This document shows positions 33,672 through 41,814 of a stretch of 64,000 bases of DNA, in pieces. Location of the stretch: positions 2,320 to 66,319 of IMG/VR virus record IMGVR_UViG_3300031228_000004; one strand, written 5' to 3'. Both the position numbers and the translations under genes were made by a program. Source of the stretch: a virus. The notes below the pieces were generated by a model, which did no database searches, had not been told where the DNA came from, and worked only from the letters and a program-made list of their open reading frames with translations. Within the stretch, counting starts at the first letter, position 1. Each line of letters starts with the position of its first letter.

Positions 33672-34556
33672 ATGGCTTGGTATCCGGGCGCCGTGAAGAT
33701 GGAGTTGCAGCCCGAGAGCGATCAGCAGCCCGCGATCCGGCCGACGCAGCTCATCTTCCACAGCATCGTCGCCCCGTGGACGCCGCGGCGGACGTATGAG
33801 TTCTGGCGGGACAGCTCGGCGCTTGAGTCGCATTTCGGTGTCGGTTATGACGGGGACATCGCCCAGTACATCGGCACCGAGACTCGCGCGGACGCGAACG
33901 CTCAGGCCAACCGGCGCCCGGACGGCACCGGCGCGGTGTCCGTCGAGACCGCCTCCAACACCAGCGCGTCCGACCCGTGGACGGCCGAGCAGATCGAGGA
34001 ACTCGTCAAACTCGGCGTGTGGATACACGAGCGGCACGAGGTCCCGCTGCGGATCTGCCGCAGCCACACCGACCCCGGATACGGCTACCACCGCCTGTTC
34101 CCACAGTGGTCGACCACGGGCACCGTGTGCCCCGGAAACGCGCGCGTACGGCAGTTCAACGAGATCGTTTTCCCGGGCATCGTCTCCCGGGCGACTGGAG
34201 GTGATGACCTCGTGACCATCAACAAGACCGAGTTCCGCCAGGCCCTTGTGGACGCGCTCGGCTACAAGGACGTACGGCAGGCACTGTGCCGCGCCGCGTG
34301 GCTCACAGACGACGTGACCGGGGTCCCTGCCGAGTGGACATCGGAGGGCAACGCGGAGTGGATGCCGTGGTCTGTGGTGGTCACTGACGGCAAGAAGATC
34401 CGCAGTATCGAAGCCGCGGTGAACGCGCTCACCGCAACCGGGCTGACGGACACCCAGATCCAGGCCATCGCCGACAAGGTCGCCGCATCCCCGCAACTGG
34501 CCGACGCCATTGCCTCCAAGGTCGCGGACCTCCTCGCCGCGCGCCTCACCGAATAG
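33672..34556 (+). CDS. endolysin, N-acetylmuramoyl-L-alanine amidase (Amidase_2)
   Basis: LIFHS, SHFGVGYDGDIAQY, SVET, GYHR...T.CPG zinc-amidase motifs. Confidence 0.85.
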   Translation: MAWYPGAVKMELQPESDQQPAIRPTQLIFHSIVAPWTPRRTYEFWRDSSALESHFGVGYDGDIAQYIGTETRADANAQANRRPDGTGAVSVETASNTSASDPWTAEQIEELVKLGVWIHERHEVPLRICRSHTDPGYGYHRLFPQWSTTGTVCPGNARVRQFNEIVFPGIVSRATGGDDLVTINKTEFRQALVDALGYKDVRQALCRAAWLTDDVTGVPAEWTSEGNAEWMPWSVVVTDGKKIRSIEAAVNALTATGLTDTQIQAIADKVAASPQLADAIASKVADLLAARLTE

Positions 34557-34573
34557 AACCAGGAGACCAACCC

Positions 34574-34771
34574 ATGAAGATCTCGCACTACTGGAAGGCC
34601 GTCGTCGCAGCGCTCGCCGCGGGCGCCGCGTCCATATCCGCCGCGCTGGAGGACAACCGCGTCACCGCAGAGGAAGGCTGGACGACGCTGATCGCCGTGC
34701 TGGTCGCGCTCGGCTTCACCTGGGCTGTACCGAACAGCAAGCCCGTCACTGGAGAGGACACCCACGCATGA
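34574..34771 (+). CDS. holin
   Basis: 65 aa, two TM helices, YWKAVVAAL...VWAVPN-like ending, directly after lysin. Confidence 0.75.
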   Translation: MKISHYWKAVVAALAAGAASISAALEDNRVTAEEGWTTLIAVLVALGFTWAVPNSKPVTGEDTHA

Positions 34772-35037
34772 GCAGCCCCTTGGACGGACGTATCCGCAAG
34801 CTCGCCCGCGAGGAGGCCGCCGCCGTCCTCGGCGTCGGACAGCCCAACCATCCGGCGCCCGACACGGCCGAGCTGCAGCAGCAGATCACCGACCTGCACG
34901 AGCACCTCCACCACGCCGCGACCACCATCGCTCGCCTCGAAGCCCGCGTGGACGTGCTGGAGAAGGCAGCCTCCGTCAGCGAGCAGGCCAAGACGGCGAG
35001 CCGCCGCGGCACGGCCCGCAAGGAGACCAGCGAGTGA
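34768..35037 (+). CDS. coiled-coil hypothetical protein
   Basis: ATGA overlap; LQQQITDLHEHL...LEARVDVLE heptads. Confidence 0.7.
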   Translation: MSSPLDGRIRKLAREEAAAVLGVGQPNHPAPDTAELQQQITDLHEHLHHAATTIARLEARVDVLEKAASVSEQAKTASRRGTARKETSE

Positions 35038-36107
35038 GGGTCGCCGCATACGCCGCTGACCGCTGGGGATGCGGCCACTTCCGCATCATCTGGCCTGGCG
35101 ATGCCTGCGCGGCGGCTGGCCACGATGTGACGGTGGTCCGGGGCGGCGAGCGGATGCGGCTGGTGATGGAAGGCGACACCGTCCGCGACGTCCTCGTCGA
35201 GGGTGCGGACGTCGTCGTCTTGCAGCGGGTCACGCACGCCTACATGGCTCAAGCTGTCGCCGTCATGCGGTCGAAGGGTGTCGCGGTGGTGGTGGATGTC
35301 GACGATGACCTGTCGTCGATTCATCCGTCGAATCCGGCGTGGGCGATGCACCATCCGGGGAATGAGGGCAAGCGGCTGGGTGGTCAGGTGCACCGGCATT
35401 CGTGGCGGAACCTGGCGAAGGCATGCCGGGATGCGACGTTGGTGACGGTGTCGACGCCTGCCCTGCTGGATGTGTATGCGCGGCATGGGCGGGGGCATGT
35501 GCTGCCGAACTATCTGCCGGACATGTACTACGGGCTGCCGCGTACGGACTCGGACACGATCGGCTGGCCGGGCTCGTACCACTCCCACCCGAACGATCCG
35601 GAGGTGGTCGGCGGTGCGGTCGCCAGGTTGGTGGATGAGGGCGCGTCGTTCGTGATGCGCGGCGATTCGTCGGGCGCGGGGAAGGCGCTCGGGCTGGCCG
35701 ATGATCCTGCGGGTGGTGCGGTGCCGATTGAGGAGTGGCCGCGGGCGGTCGCCTCGTTGGGGATTGGGATCGCGCCACTGGCTGATACTCGCTTCAACGC
35801 CGCGAAATCGTGGTTGAAGCCGTTGGAGATGAGCGCGGCTGGTGTGCCGTGGGTGGCGTCGCCGAGGGCGGAGTACGCGCGCCTACACAAGATGGGCGCG
35901 GGTGTTCTCGCGGACCGGCCGCGGGTCTGGTACCGCGAGTTGAAGCGGCTCCGCGAATCGGCTGCACTGCGGGCGGAGTTGTCGGAGGCGGGGCGCGCGG
36001 TCGCCGAGCAGCTCCGGTTGCGGGACAACGCCTGGAGATGGCAAGAGGCGTGGCAGAGGGCGTACGAGGTGCAGCAGGCTACGCCGCGCACGGCGGTCCC
36101 GGCCTAG
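35034..36107 (+). CDS. glycosyltransferase (GT-B, GT4-like)
   Basis: GCGHFRIIWP, VVLQR, VDVDDDL, VTVST..L, IGWPGS, GIAPLADTRFNAAKSWLKPLE.SAAGVP. Confidence 0.82.
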   Translation: MRVAAYAADRWGCGHFRIIWPGDACAAAGHDVTVVRGGERMRLVMEGDTVRDVLVEGADVVVLQRVTHAYMAQAVAVMRSKGVAVVVDVDDDLSSIHPSNPAWAMHHPGNEGKRLGGQVHRHSWRNLAKACRDATLVTVSTPALLDVYARHGRGHVLPNYLPDMYYGLPRTDSDTIGWPGSYHSHPNDPEVVGGAVARLVDEGASFVMRGDSSGAGKALGLADDPAGGAVPIEEWPRAVASLGIGIAPLADTRFNAAKSWLKPLEMSAAGVPWVASPRAEYARLHKMGAGVLADRPRVWYRELKRLRESAALRAELSEAGRAVAEQLRLRDNAWRWQEAWQRAYEVQQATPRTAVPA

Positions 36108-36526
36108 TCGGTGTCGAGCACGGTGATGTGGAACCCGTACGCGTAGTAGAACGGATTGCCGCACGACCAGCCGACGGAGAGTTCCAGCACGTCGCCCATG
36201 TCTGCGTAGATGTGCCACGTCGAGTAGCCGTCCGTAGTGCCCACCCCGGTGATCACGTGGTCGATCCGGTCGGCGTGGAGCAAGAAGGACTTCAGCTCCG
36301 TGTAGGCGCAGCAGTCGGATGTGTCGGCGAGTTGGACCTTCCGGCCATCGTCCAGGGTGATCACTGTGCCCGTGACTGTGCCGTAGTAGCGGTCGGGGAC
36401 CTCGACTCCCTTCTCCACGCTGGCGATCCGGCGGCCGACGACGGATTCCTTGAGGGTGTGGAGGGTGCCCGGCATCGTGCCGTCGTCGTCATCTGCGCCG
36501 AGCTGCTCCGCCGGGTACATCTGCAT
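36104..36526 (-). CDS. conserved hypothetical protein
   Basis: GGAGG RBS; DCCAYT...WSCGNPFYYAYGF. Confidence 0.7.
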   Translation of the reverse strand: MQMYPAEQLGADDDDGTMPGTLHTLKESVVGRRIASVEKGVEVPDRYYGTVTGTVITLDDGRKVQLADTSDCCAYTELKSFLLHADRIDHVITGVGTTDGYSTWHIYADMGDVLELSVGWSCGNPFYYAYGFHITVLDTD

Positions 36527-36555
36527 GGGGGCCTCCGTGGTTGGGTGGGTGTCTA

Positions 36556-36966
36556 TCAGAACGCTGCGGCCGTCGGCAAAGGAGTTGCGGCGATTGGTTC
36601 CTCGCGCACGTCACGCACCCACGAGATTCCGCAGGCGAGGCACAGTTCGTGCGGGTCCTGATACACGAGCGCCGTGCCGAGACACAGCGGGCACTTCGCG
36701 CGCGTACGGACGCGGCGGAGCTGGTCGCGCTGGTAGGTGGTTGTGCCGCCCCAATACCCTTCGGCCCGGTTGAGCATCGCCCACGCCAGGCAGCGGGTGC
36801 GTACGTCGCACGTCTGGCACCACTCCTGCGCGGCGGCGAGACCGGCGTCCGTTTCGACGTCGGGGACGAAGTCGTAGCCGACGGTGGCGCAGGGGGCGTC
36901 GGCCTGCCAGGCGACGTCATCGGCGGAGAAGAAGTCGACGATCACGGCGCTCTCCTTCAGGGGCAT
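36556..36966 (-). CDS. whiB: WhiB-family regulator with C-terminal Zn ribbon
   Basis: WQADAPC...WCQTCDVRTRCL...GYWGGTT..QR, plus CPLC...CLAC. Confidence 0.8.
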   Translation of the reverse strand: MPLKESAVIVDFFSADDVAWQADAPCATVGYDFVPDVETDAGLAAAQEWCQTCDVRTRCLAWAMLNRAEGYWGGTTTYQRDQLRRVRTRAKCPLCLGTALVYQDPHELCLACGISWVRDVREEPIAATPLPTAAAF

Positions 36967-37202
36967 GGGGTGTCGTCGGCGACAGACCAGACGATCGCCC
37001 CACGGTCGAGGCACTGCCGAATCCGACCCGCCTTGTGGAGACGCTGGCAGGAGAGGTACACCGCGTCGCGGTCGTAACCGGTGCGGTCGGCGAGTTCACG
37101 ACGGGAACCTATGCCGTCGGCAATCAGTCGGTAGATGGCTTCGTCGCGGGCGATGACGTCGGGGTCGCGGGGGCGTCCTGGCCGTCGTGCGGTCTGCTGC
37201 AT
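36957..37202 (-). CDS. winged-HTH DNA-binding protein
   Basis: RPGRPR N-arm; SRRELADRTGYDRDAVYLSCQRL..AGRI. Confidence 0.65.
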   Translation of the reverse strand: MQQTARRPGRPRDPDVIARDEAIYRLIADGIGSRRELADRTGYDRDAVYLSCQRLHKAGRIRQCLDRGAIVWSVADDTPCP

Positions 37203-37272
37203 GCTGGCCTCGCATTCACTTCGCCGGAGGGCTGAATACCATTATGCAGAGGGGTGCAAGTGACCACCGTTG

Positions 37273-37305
37273 CCGGAATATGCCAGACAGCACGCGTGTG
37301 ACACT
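37273..37305 (+). promoter_or_regulatory. degenerate candidate late promoter
   Basis: CCGGAATATGC-N16-GACACT upstream of 37355. Confidence 0.4.
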
Positions 37306-37354
37306 CCAGTTCGAAAGGCCCGCACCGTGGGCCAGCGTGACCCTGGAGGGACCG

Positions 37355-37645
37355 ATGGATCTACTCATCCTCGTCGGCGGTGGGGCCGCCGCGCTGCTTG
37401 CAATCGGGGCACTCGCTCGAGGGGTATGGCGGATCAACCGCAGGATCGTGACGATCGTGGACGCGGTACAGGAACTGTCACCGAACGGCGGCCGGTCCAT
37501 CAAAGACACGGTGACGCGTACGGAGCAGAAGGTGGACGACGCGGCATCCAAGGTGGACGCCACCGCGGCGAAGGTCGACGACACGGCGCGGGAGTTGTGC
37601 GAGCTGAAGCAGCAGTTCGAGGAGCATCTCAACGGAGGTAGCTGA
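37355..37645 (+). CDS. membrane-anchored coiled-coil protein (lysis-accessory-like)
   Basis: GGAGGG RBS; N-terminal TM helix, PNGGRSIKD motif, coiled coil. Confidence 0.7.
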   Translation: MDLLILVGGGAAALLAIGALARGVWRINRRIVTIVDAVQELSPNGGRSIKDTVTRTEQKVDDAASKVDATAAKVDDTARELCELKQQFEEHLNGGS

Positions 37646-37787
37646 CCACGGGCTGCGGCGTTGGATCCGCAGCGCCGCCAGTACGCGTGAGGAGGTTGCG
37701 TGGCCCGGATGTTGGGGACGTGGTCGCGGCAGTGGCGACGGGAGATCACTCTACGGGGACTCGACTACTGAGACAGCTGCCGGTCTT

Positions 37788-37831
37788 CTATGCACCCCCC
37801 GCGTAGACAAATCTATGCGGGGGGTGCATAG
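37788..37831 (+). promoter_or_regulatory. 20-bp inverted repeat overlapping a sigma-70-like promoter
   Basis: CTATGCACCCCCCGCGTAGA-CAAA-TCTATGCGGGGGGTGCATAG (1 mismatch); TAGACA-N17-CATAGT. Confidence 0.65.
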
Positions 37832-37866
37832 TTGTTCCCAGGTGAACGTCAGCACTGGAGGAACCA

Positions 37867-38463
37867 ATGAACGACACCTTCGCGCGCGAACTGGCCGAAG
37901 AGCAAAACACCGCAACGCGCCAGAAAGCCGAACGCGCACACTCCCGTCTGCGCGAGTACCGCATCGGCAGCCGGGTCACCTGCGGCGACCAAGACGACAC
38001 CGTCTACACGCTCGTAGCCCTCCGCCTCAACACCATGGGCAACATCGACCCGCTCTACTTCTCCGACGCCTACGTCACAGGCGACGACAACCAGTTCGGC
38101 GAGCTGGAGGAAGACGACCTGGAGGACATCCAGCCTGCACCTGACGACCCGGGAAAAGCATCTGCGGCCCGCGCCTGGGCAATCAGGAACCGCGAGACCA
38201 TCACGCGCTATGGCGACGAGGACGTGCTCTTCGACATCCCCGCCACCGCCGACCAGCTGCGTCGTTTCTTGGACTTCTGTGAGGCCGACCGTGAGTGGCG
38301 CGTAGCCGAGCACGCGATGCGGAGGGCGGCCGGGCGTCGCGCCTACACCGTCGCGCAGGTCGCATGGACGGACGGCACCCAGTCCTCGGCCGCTCGGATC
38401 CTCGGTCTGAATCAGTCCAGCGTGTCGCGAGCAGTCGCCGCGTCGGATTCCACCGCTCCATAG
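37867..38463 (+). CDS. hypothetical protein with C-terminal HTH
   Basis: GGAGG RBS; TQSSAARILGLNQSSVSRAV. Confidence 0.75.
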   Translation: MNDTFARELAEEQNTATRQKAERAHSRLREYRIGSRVTCGDQDDTVYTLVALRLNTMGNIDPLYFSDAYVTGDDNQFGELEEDDLEDIQPAPDDPGKASAARAWAIRNRETITRYGDEDVLFDIPATADQLRRFLDFCEADREWRVAEHAMRRAAGRRAYTVAQVAWTDGTQSSAARILGLNQSSVSRAVAASDSTAP

Positions 38464-38477
38464 CCCGACCTCGCGGC

Positions 38478-38499
38478 GCCCCGCTTGATCCGGCGGGGC
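38478..38499. terminator. hairpin between convergent genes
   Basis: GCCCCGC/GCGGGGC stem. Confidence 0.45.
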
Positions 38500-38509
38500 T
38501 TCGGCGCGT

Positions 38510-38701
38510 CTACGCGGCCTTCACGATCTCGGCCTGTACGGCTGCCGCCCACTCCGCGTACAGCTCATCCAGCCGGTCCCGCGCGTCGCCCACCAGCTGC
38601 ACGCGCGGATCCCGCCGCTCGTCTCCCCACAGGGCGCGGATCTCCTCGTTCACGGCGGCAGCAGACCGCACGGAACCAAGGCGCTCACCATCGGGGGACA
38701 T
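38510..38701 (-). CDS. small helical hypothetical protein (leaderless)
   Basis: VRSAAAVNEEIRALW...EWAAAV..AA, recalled as a Streptomyces small-protein pattern; TACGCT-N7-ATG. Confidence 0.65.
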   Translation of the reverse strand: MSPDGERLGSVRSAAAVNEEIRALWGDERRDPRVQLVGDARDRLDELYAEWAAAVQAEIVKAA

Positions 38702-38833
38702 GCAGACAAGCGTACGGGCCCCGACCGACACCCCTACCACAGACCGGTCACGGCCCCGCAGACCCACCACACGAGAAAGGCCCCGCCCCATACCCTGACA
38801 GTGACGAGCTGTACAGAAGTAAGGGGCGAGACC

Positions 38834-40084
38834 GTGCCAACTGATGCTACCCCGGACCCGTACGCCGACCCGATCCGCTTCGGCCAACGAGTGCAAGTCC
38901 TCCGCGAACGCCGCGGCATGACCCAGGCCCAACTCGCCGACCTCGTCGGCATCTCCGAACACACCCTCCGCAAAATCGAGAACGGGCAACGCAAGACACC
39001 CGACCTCGAGCGGGTGATGCGCATCGCAGAGGCCCTACGGGTACGTGACCTCTCCGACCTGACAGGCCGCCCAGACATGCACGTAGACCTCTTCATCGGC
39101 CCCGGCCACCCACGCCTCGCCGCGGTGAAGGCCGCCGTCGATAACTTCGCCCTCGCCTCGAGCGCCGAACCGCCGCCGGTCCCGCACCTCGAGGCCCGCC
39201 TCCACGCCGCGTGGAAGGCCCGGCACGCAGCGAAGAACCACCGCGAAGCAATCGGGAAGCTCCTGCCCGACCTGATCCGCGACGCGCAGACCCTCGTACG
39301 GCACGCCGACACAGGCAACGACCGTCGCCGCGCGCAGGCTCTCCTCGCCGAGACGTACTCGCTGTCCCAGTTCTTCGTCGCCTACCAACCCGACTCGAGT
39401 CTGCTGTGGCGTGTTGCCGAACGCGGCATGGTCGCAGCCCAAGACAGCGGCGACCCCCACGCGATCGGCGTCGCCGCATGGCTCCTCGCACAAGCCCACC
39501 GAGACTCTGGCCCCCGCCACTTCGACGCGGCGGACGCCATCAACCTCGAGGCCGTCCGCTTCCTCGAGCCGCTCCTCCCCGACGCGAGCGACGATGTCCT
39601 GGCGATCGCGGGCGCCCTCGAGTTCGAGCTCGGCTACACCGCGGCCCGCCGGCGGGAGACGGGTACGGCGTGGCGGCACTGGGACAAGGCCAACACCATG
39701 GCGACCCGGCTGCCCGCCCACTACTACCACCCGATCACCTCGTTCTCGCAGGCCATCATGGGCGCCCACGCCGTGACCGTCGCCGTCGAGCTGCACCAGG
39801 GCGGGGAGTCCGTACGGCAGGCCGCTCGAGCAGACGAGGCGTCGATTCCCTCGAGGCCGCGCCGCGCCCGGCACCGGATCGAGGAGGCGCGCGGCTACCA
39901 GCTCGATGCGCAGCCGGACGTCGCGATCGCCACGCTCGAGAAGGCGGCCCAAACTGCACCCGAGACGATCAAGTACAACGGGTACGCGCGCGCCATCATC
40001 CTCGAGGAAGTCGAGTCGACGCAGGCGCCCCGACGGCGGCGCGCGTCGGAACTGGCGATGGAGATCGGGCTGTTGGCCGCCTGA
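38834..40084 (+). CDS. XRE-family HTH regulator with long helical (TPR-like) C-terminus
   Basis: RERRGMTQAQLADLVGIS...RKIENGQR HTH, then ~340 aa of helical repeats. Confidence 0.85.
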   Translation: MPTDATPDPYADPIRFGQRVQVLRERRGMTQAQLADLVGISEHTLRKIENGQRKTPDLERVMRIAEALRVRDLSDLTGRPDMHVDLFIGPGHPRLAAVKAAVDNFALASSAEPPPVPHLEARLHAAWKARHAAKNHREAIGKLLPDLIRDAQTLVRHADTGNDRRRAQALLAETYSLSQFFVAYQPDSSLLWRVAERGMVAAQDSGDPHAIGVAAWLLAQAHRDSGPRHFDAADAINLEAVRFLEPLLPDASDDVLAIAGALEFELGYTAARRRETGTAWRHWDKANTMATRLPAHYYHPITSFSQAIMGAHAVTVAVELHQGGESVRQAARADEASIPSRPRRARHRIEEARGYQLDAQPDVAIATLEKAAQTAPETIKYNGYARAIILEEVESTQAPRRRRASELAMEIGLLAA

Positions 40085-40142
40085 AGGTAACCGACCCAAT
40101 GTGGGTCGGCGGTTGCCGCACCCCGCTTCTACGGTCTCGTGT

Positions 40143-40505
40143 GTGAGACAGATCACCGCGACTGTGGAGGCGTCAGCAGTGGAGAGAACCACCATCGATG
40201 CACTCGCGCTGCTGCCACTGCCCGACCTAACGAACTTGTCCGAGCCGCAGGAACGCGGCAAGACGTGCGTGTGGTGCGGAGCACTCGTCTCCAACGGCAC
40301 GGCCGTAGACCTCCGCCCGAGGCGCATACCACTGGCTGACGGCTTCCGCGCGGTGTTCCCCCGCGCCTGCCGCACCTGCATGGCAGAACACGTCACCCAG
40401 GCAGCAGAGACCCACGCGTCTCACTGCGAACTGTGCGTCGACAACATCGCCGCCTGCGACACCGCCCGCGCCATCCGCCGTCTCGTCCTGGAGCACGGGC
40501 GGTGA
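40143..40505 (+). CDS. Zn-binding hypothetical protein
   Basis: CVWCG...ACRTC...HCELC...C; TACGGT-N7-GTG leaderless start. Confidence 0.7.
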   Translation: MRQITATVEASAVERTTIDALALLPLPDLTNLSEPQERGKTCVWCGALVSNGTAVDLRPRRIPLADGFRAVFPRACRTCMAEHVTQAAETHASHCELCVDNIAACDTARAIRRLVLEHGR

Positions 40506-40723
40506 GCCGACAGCCGACACTGCCCCCCGTCGAGGACCTCACCTACTGGCAGTCCGCTGGATGGGCCTGCGTCTGGTGCAAGGTGCGGCTCACGTCGAAC
40601 GCCGTCAGCGCGGGCATAGCCCGTGGCCGACAGGGCGCCCACGTCCTCGACGTCGAGGTGTTCGCCTGCCCGGACTGCACCACCGCCCCCATCCCGACCC
40701 CTCGTCCAGGAGGAGACCAGTGA
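40502..40723 (+). CDS. Zn-ribbon hypothetical protein
   Basis: CVWC...ACPDC; GTGA overlap. Confidence 0.65.
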   Translation: MSRQPTLPPVEDLTYWQSAGWACVWCKVRLTSNAVSAGIARGRQGAHVLDVEVFACPDCTTAPIPTPRPGGDQ

Positions 40724-40902
40724 AGACGAAGCAGAAGAAGCCCAGCACGTCGAACGGGATCGCCCCGACCGGGCCCCGCGGGCTGGCCGGCTACTGCTGG
40801 CTGGAGGACCCCAAGACGGGCCTGCACTGCACGTGGCCGGTCGGGCATGAGGCGTGGCGCCTGGACCACTGGCACGCGTACAGGAAAGTCAGCTGGACGT
40901 AA
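40720..40902 (+). CDS. small hypothetical protein
   Basis: AGGAGA RBS; YCW...HCTWPVGH. Confidence 0.55.
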   Translation: MKTKQKKPSTSNGIAPTGPRGLAGYCWLEDPKTGLHCTWPVGHEAWRLDHWHAYRKVSWT

Positions 40903-40989
40903 AAGCCCCTGCTGCCTGGTGTCGCGCTCCCGGTAGCAGGACGAGGCCGCCCGAATCCCCCGAGGTGGGCGGCTGGGGGCTCGCCGCGG

Positions 40990-41250
40990 TCACGGAGATG
41001 GCCGCGGCGGGTCACCTCGAACCAGATCGGACAGCGGCACGCCGATCGCGTCAGCGATTCGGATGAGTGTGTCGAGGAGTGGGCTGGACTGCCCCAACTC
41101 GATCTTTACGTATGTGGAGCGGTCCATGGGGATGGCAAGCGCCACTTCTTCCTGCGTCAGGTCAGCGTGCTCCCGAGCGGCGCGAATCTGCTCCCCGATG
41201 GCTCGCCTTCGGGTGACGACCCAGTCGGGCGATTCGGTGGAGCGCGGCAC
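40990..41250 (-). CDS. XRE-family HTH protein
   Basis: IRAAREHADLTQEEVA...STYVKIELG...LIRIADAIGV. Confidence 0.85.
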   Translation of the reverse strand: MPRSTESPDWVVTRRRAIGEQIRAAREHADLTQEEVALAIPMDRSTYVKIELGQSSPLLDTLIRIADAIGVPLSDLVRGDPPRPSP

Positions 41251-41584
41251 GGGCCCACGCTCGCGACTTCAAGATCCAAAGTATGCAGGGTCGACCCTAC
41301 ATTGTGTGATCTTGCAGTGGGCGGGGAACCGGTCAGGGACGCCGCGCGATCACAGACTGGGAGCCACGGTCGAGAAACCTCGCGCGAGGTACTCCTCCGT
41401 CCAGATGGCGGAACCGTGGCTCCCTGCCGCCCCGAGCCCTACAGTGGGCTCGGGGCGGCGCCCGTTTCCAGGGCGTCGGATCCTCGCCAAAATGGGACAG
41501 AAGATAGGCCAAGCGCCCTGCATTAATTCGGCGAAGCGTGACCAGGGGAAACCCCAGGTGAGCACAGCGCTTAGGCCCGTACAC

Positions 41585-41628
41585 CTTCTAAGCGCTTGGC
41601 CGCAGGTTCGAGTCCTGCCGGGGGCGCA
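41585..41628 (+). mobile_element. attP core = 3' half of tRNA-Arg(UCU)
   Basis: CTTCTAA anticodon loop, GCGCT stem, GGTTCGAGTCC T-loop, acceptor 3' strand; the 5' half of the tRNA is absent; ~190 bp upstream of integrase. Confidence 0.85.
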
Positions 41629-41814
41629 AACCACCCTTCACCAGCAACAACAGGTGAGGGGCTCTTTCATGTTCACCCCGCACAGTGCTTTTTCGCCAAG
41701 CGCCTTGCGTCTTTCGCGAATCAGCGTAGCGTCGACCTCATCCCCTCAAGGACCCCACCCGGGAACCGCAGAGACAAAGCCATCCCCATACCCGAACCGG
41801 TACGGAGCACGCCC

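Noticed and set aside
37867-38701. Toxin-antitoxin pair
   Set aside because: The genes are convergent, and no toxin motif (RelE, HicA, VapC, Doc) is recognisable.
40100-40135. GGCGGTTGCCGCACCCC resembling the phiC31 conserved promoter box as I recall it
   Set aside because: Single occurrence with only a short core match; could be chance in GC-rich DNA.
41585-41628. Complete tRNA gene
   Set aside because: Only the anticodon loop to the 3' end is present; the 5' anticodon strand would be AGCGC but reads TACAC, and there is no D-arm. Treated as attP.
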